From sequence record PZ452598.1: DNA of 64,000 nt; one strand, given 5' to 3'. Below are positions 60,864 to 64,000 of the stretch, piece by piece. The number at the start of each line of letters is the position of its first letter. Position 1 is the first letter of the stretch. Below the pieces are notes generated by a model, which worked only from the letters and a program-made list of their open reading frames with translations, did not search any database and was not told the origin of the DNA. Origin of the DNA: a phage. The position numbers and the translations under genes were made by a program.

Positions 60864-64000
<3,137 letters not shown>

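Overview
This window reads as a segment of a T4-type (T-even, Tequatrovirus-like) phage genome. Positions 1-42833 are a densely packed minus-strand array of early and middle genes; 42881-64000 is the plus-strand late structural module. Minus-strand block, in window order: DNA polymerase gene 43 (N-terminus only), regA, clamp loader 62/44, clamp 45, rpbA, recombination nuclease 46/47, alpha-glucosyltransferase, HNH endonuclease (mobB-like), late sigma factor 55, anaerobic RNR module nrdH-nrdG-nrdD, endonuclease VII, nrdC, four tandem paralogous genes of unknown function, rI, tk, regB, denV, ipII, ipIII, lysozyme e, nudE, eight tRNAs with segB and stable RNAs, ipI, 57B, 57A, and genes 1, 3, 2, 4. 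nrdD is split by a 1033-nt group I intron carrying a GIY-YIG endonuclease ORF, and an HNH endonuclease gene sits between nrdD and nrdG. Plus-strand block: baseplate, short tail fibre, fibritin, neck and terminase genes 53, 5, 5.1, a GIY-YIG endonuclease (segC-like), 5.4, 6, 7, 8, 9, 10, 11, 12, wac, 13, 14, 15, 16 and 17 (complete except the last base of its stop codon). Regulatory signals visible in the sequence include GTTTAC/TAnnAT early promoters, TATAAATA late promoters, C(UUCG)G hairpins and intrinsic terminators. No CRISPR array, integrase or rRNA was seen. All calls rest on reading the sequence and recalled knowledge of T-even phages; no database search was run. Protein lengths and sequences quoted as T4 values are from memory. 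The most interesting unexplained content is the four-gene paralog array at 19274-23259, the small-gene accessory islands around regB/denV and ipI/57B, and inverted repeats embedded in early promoters.
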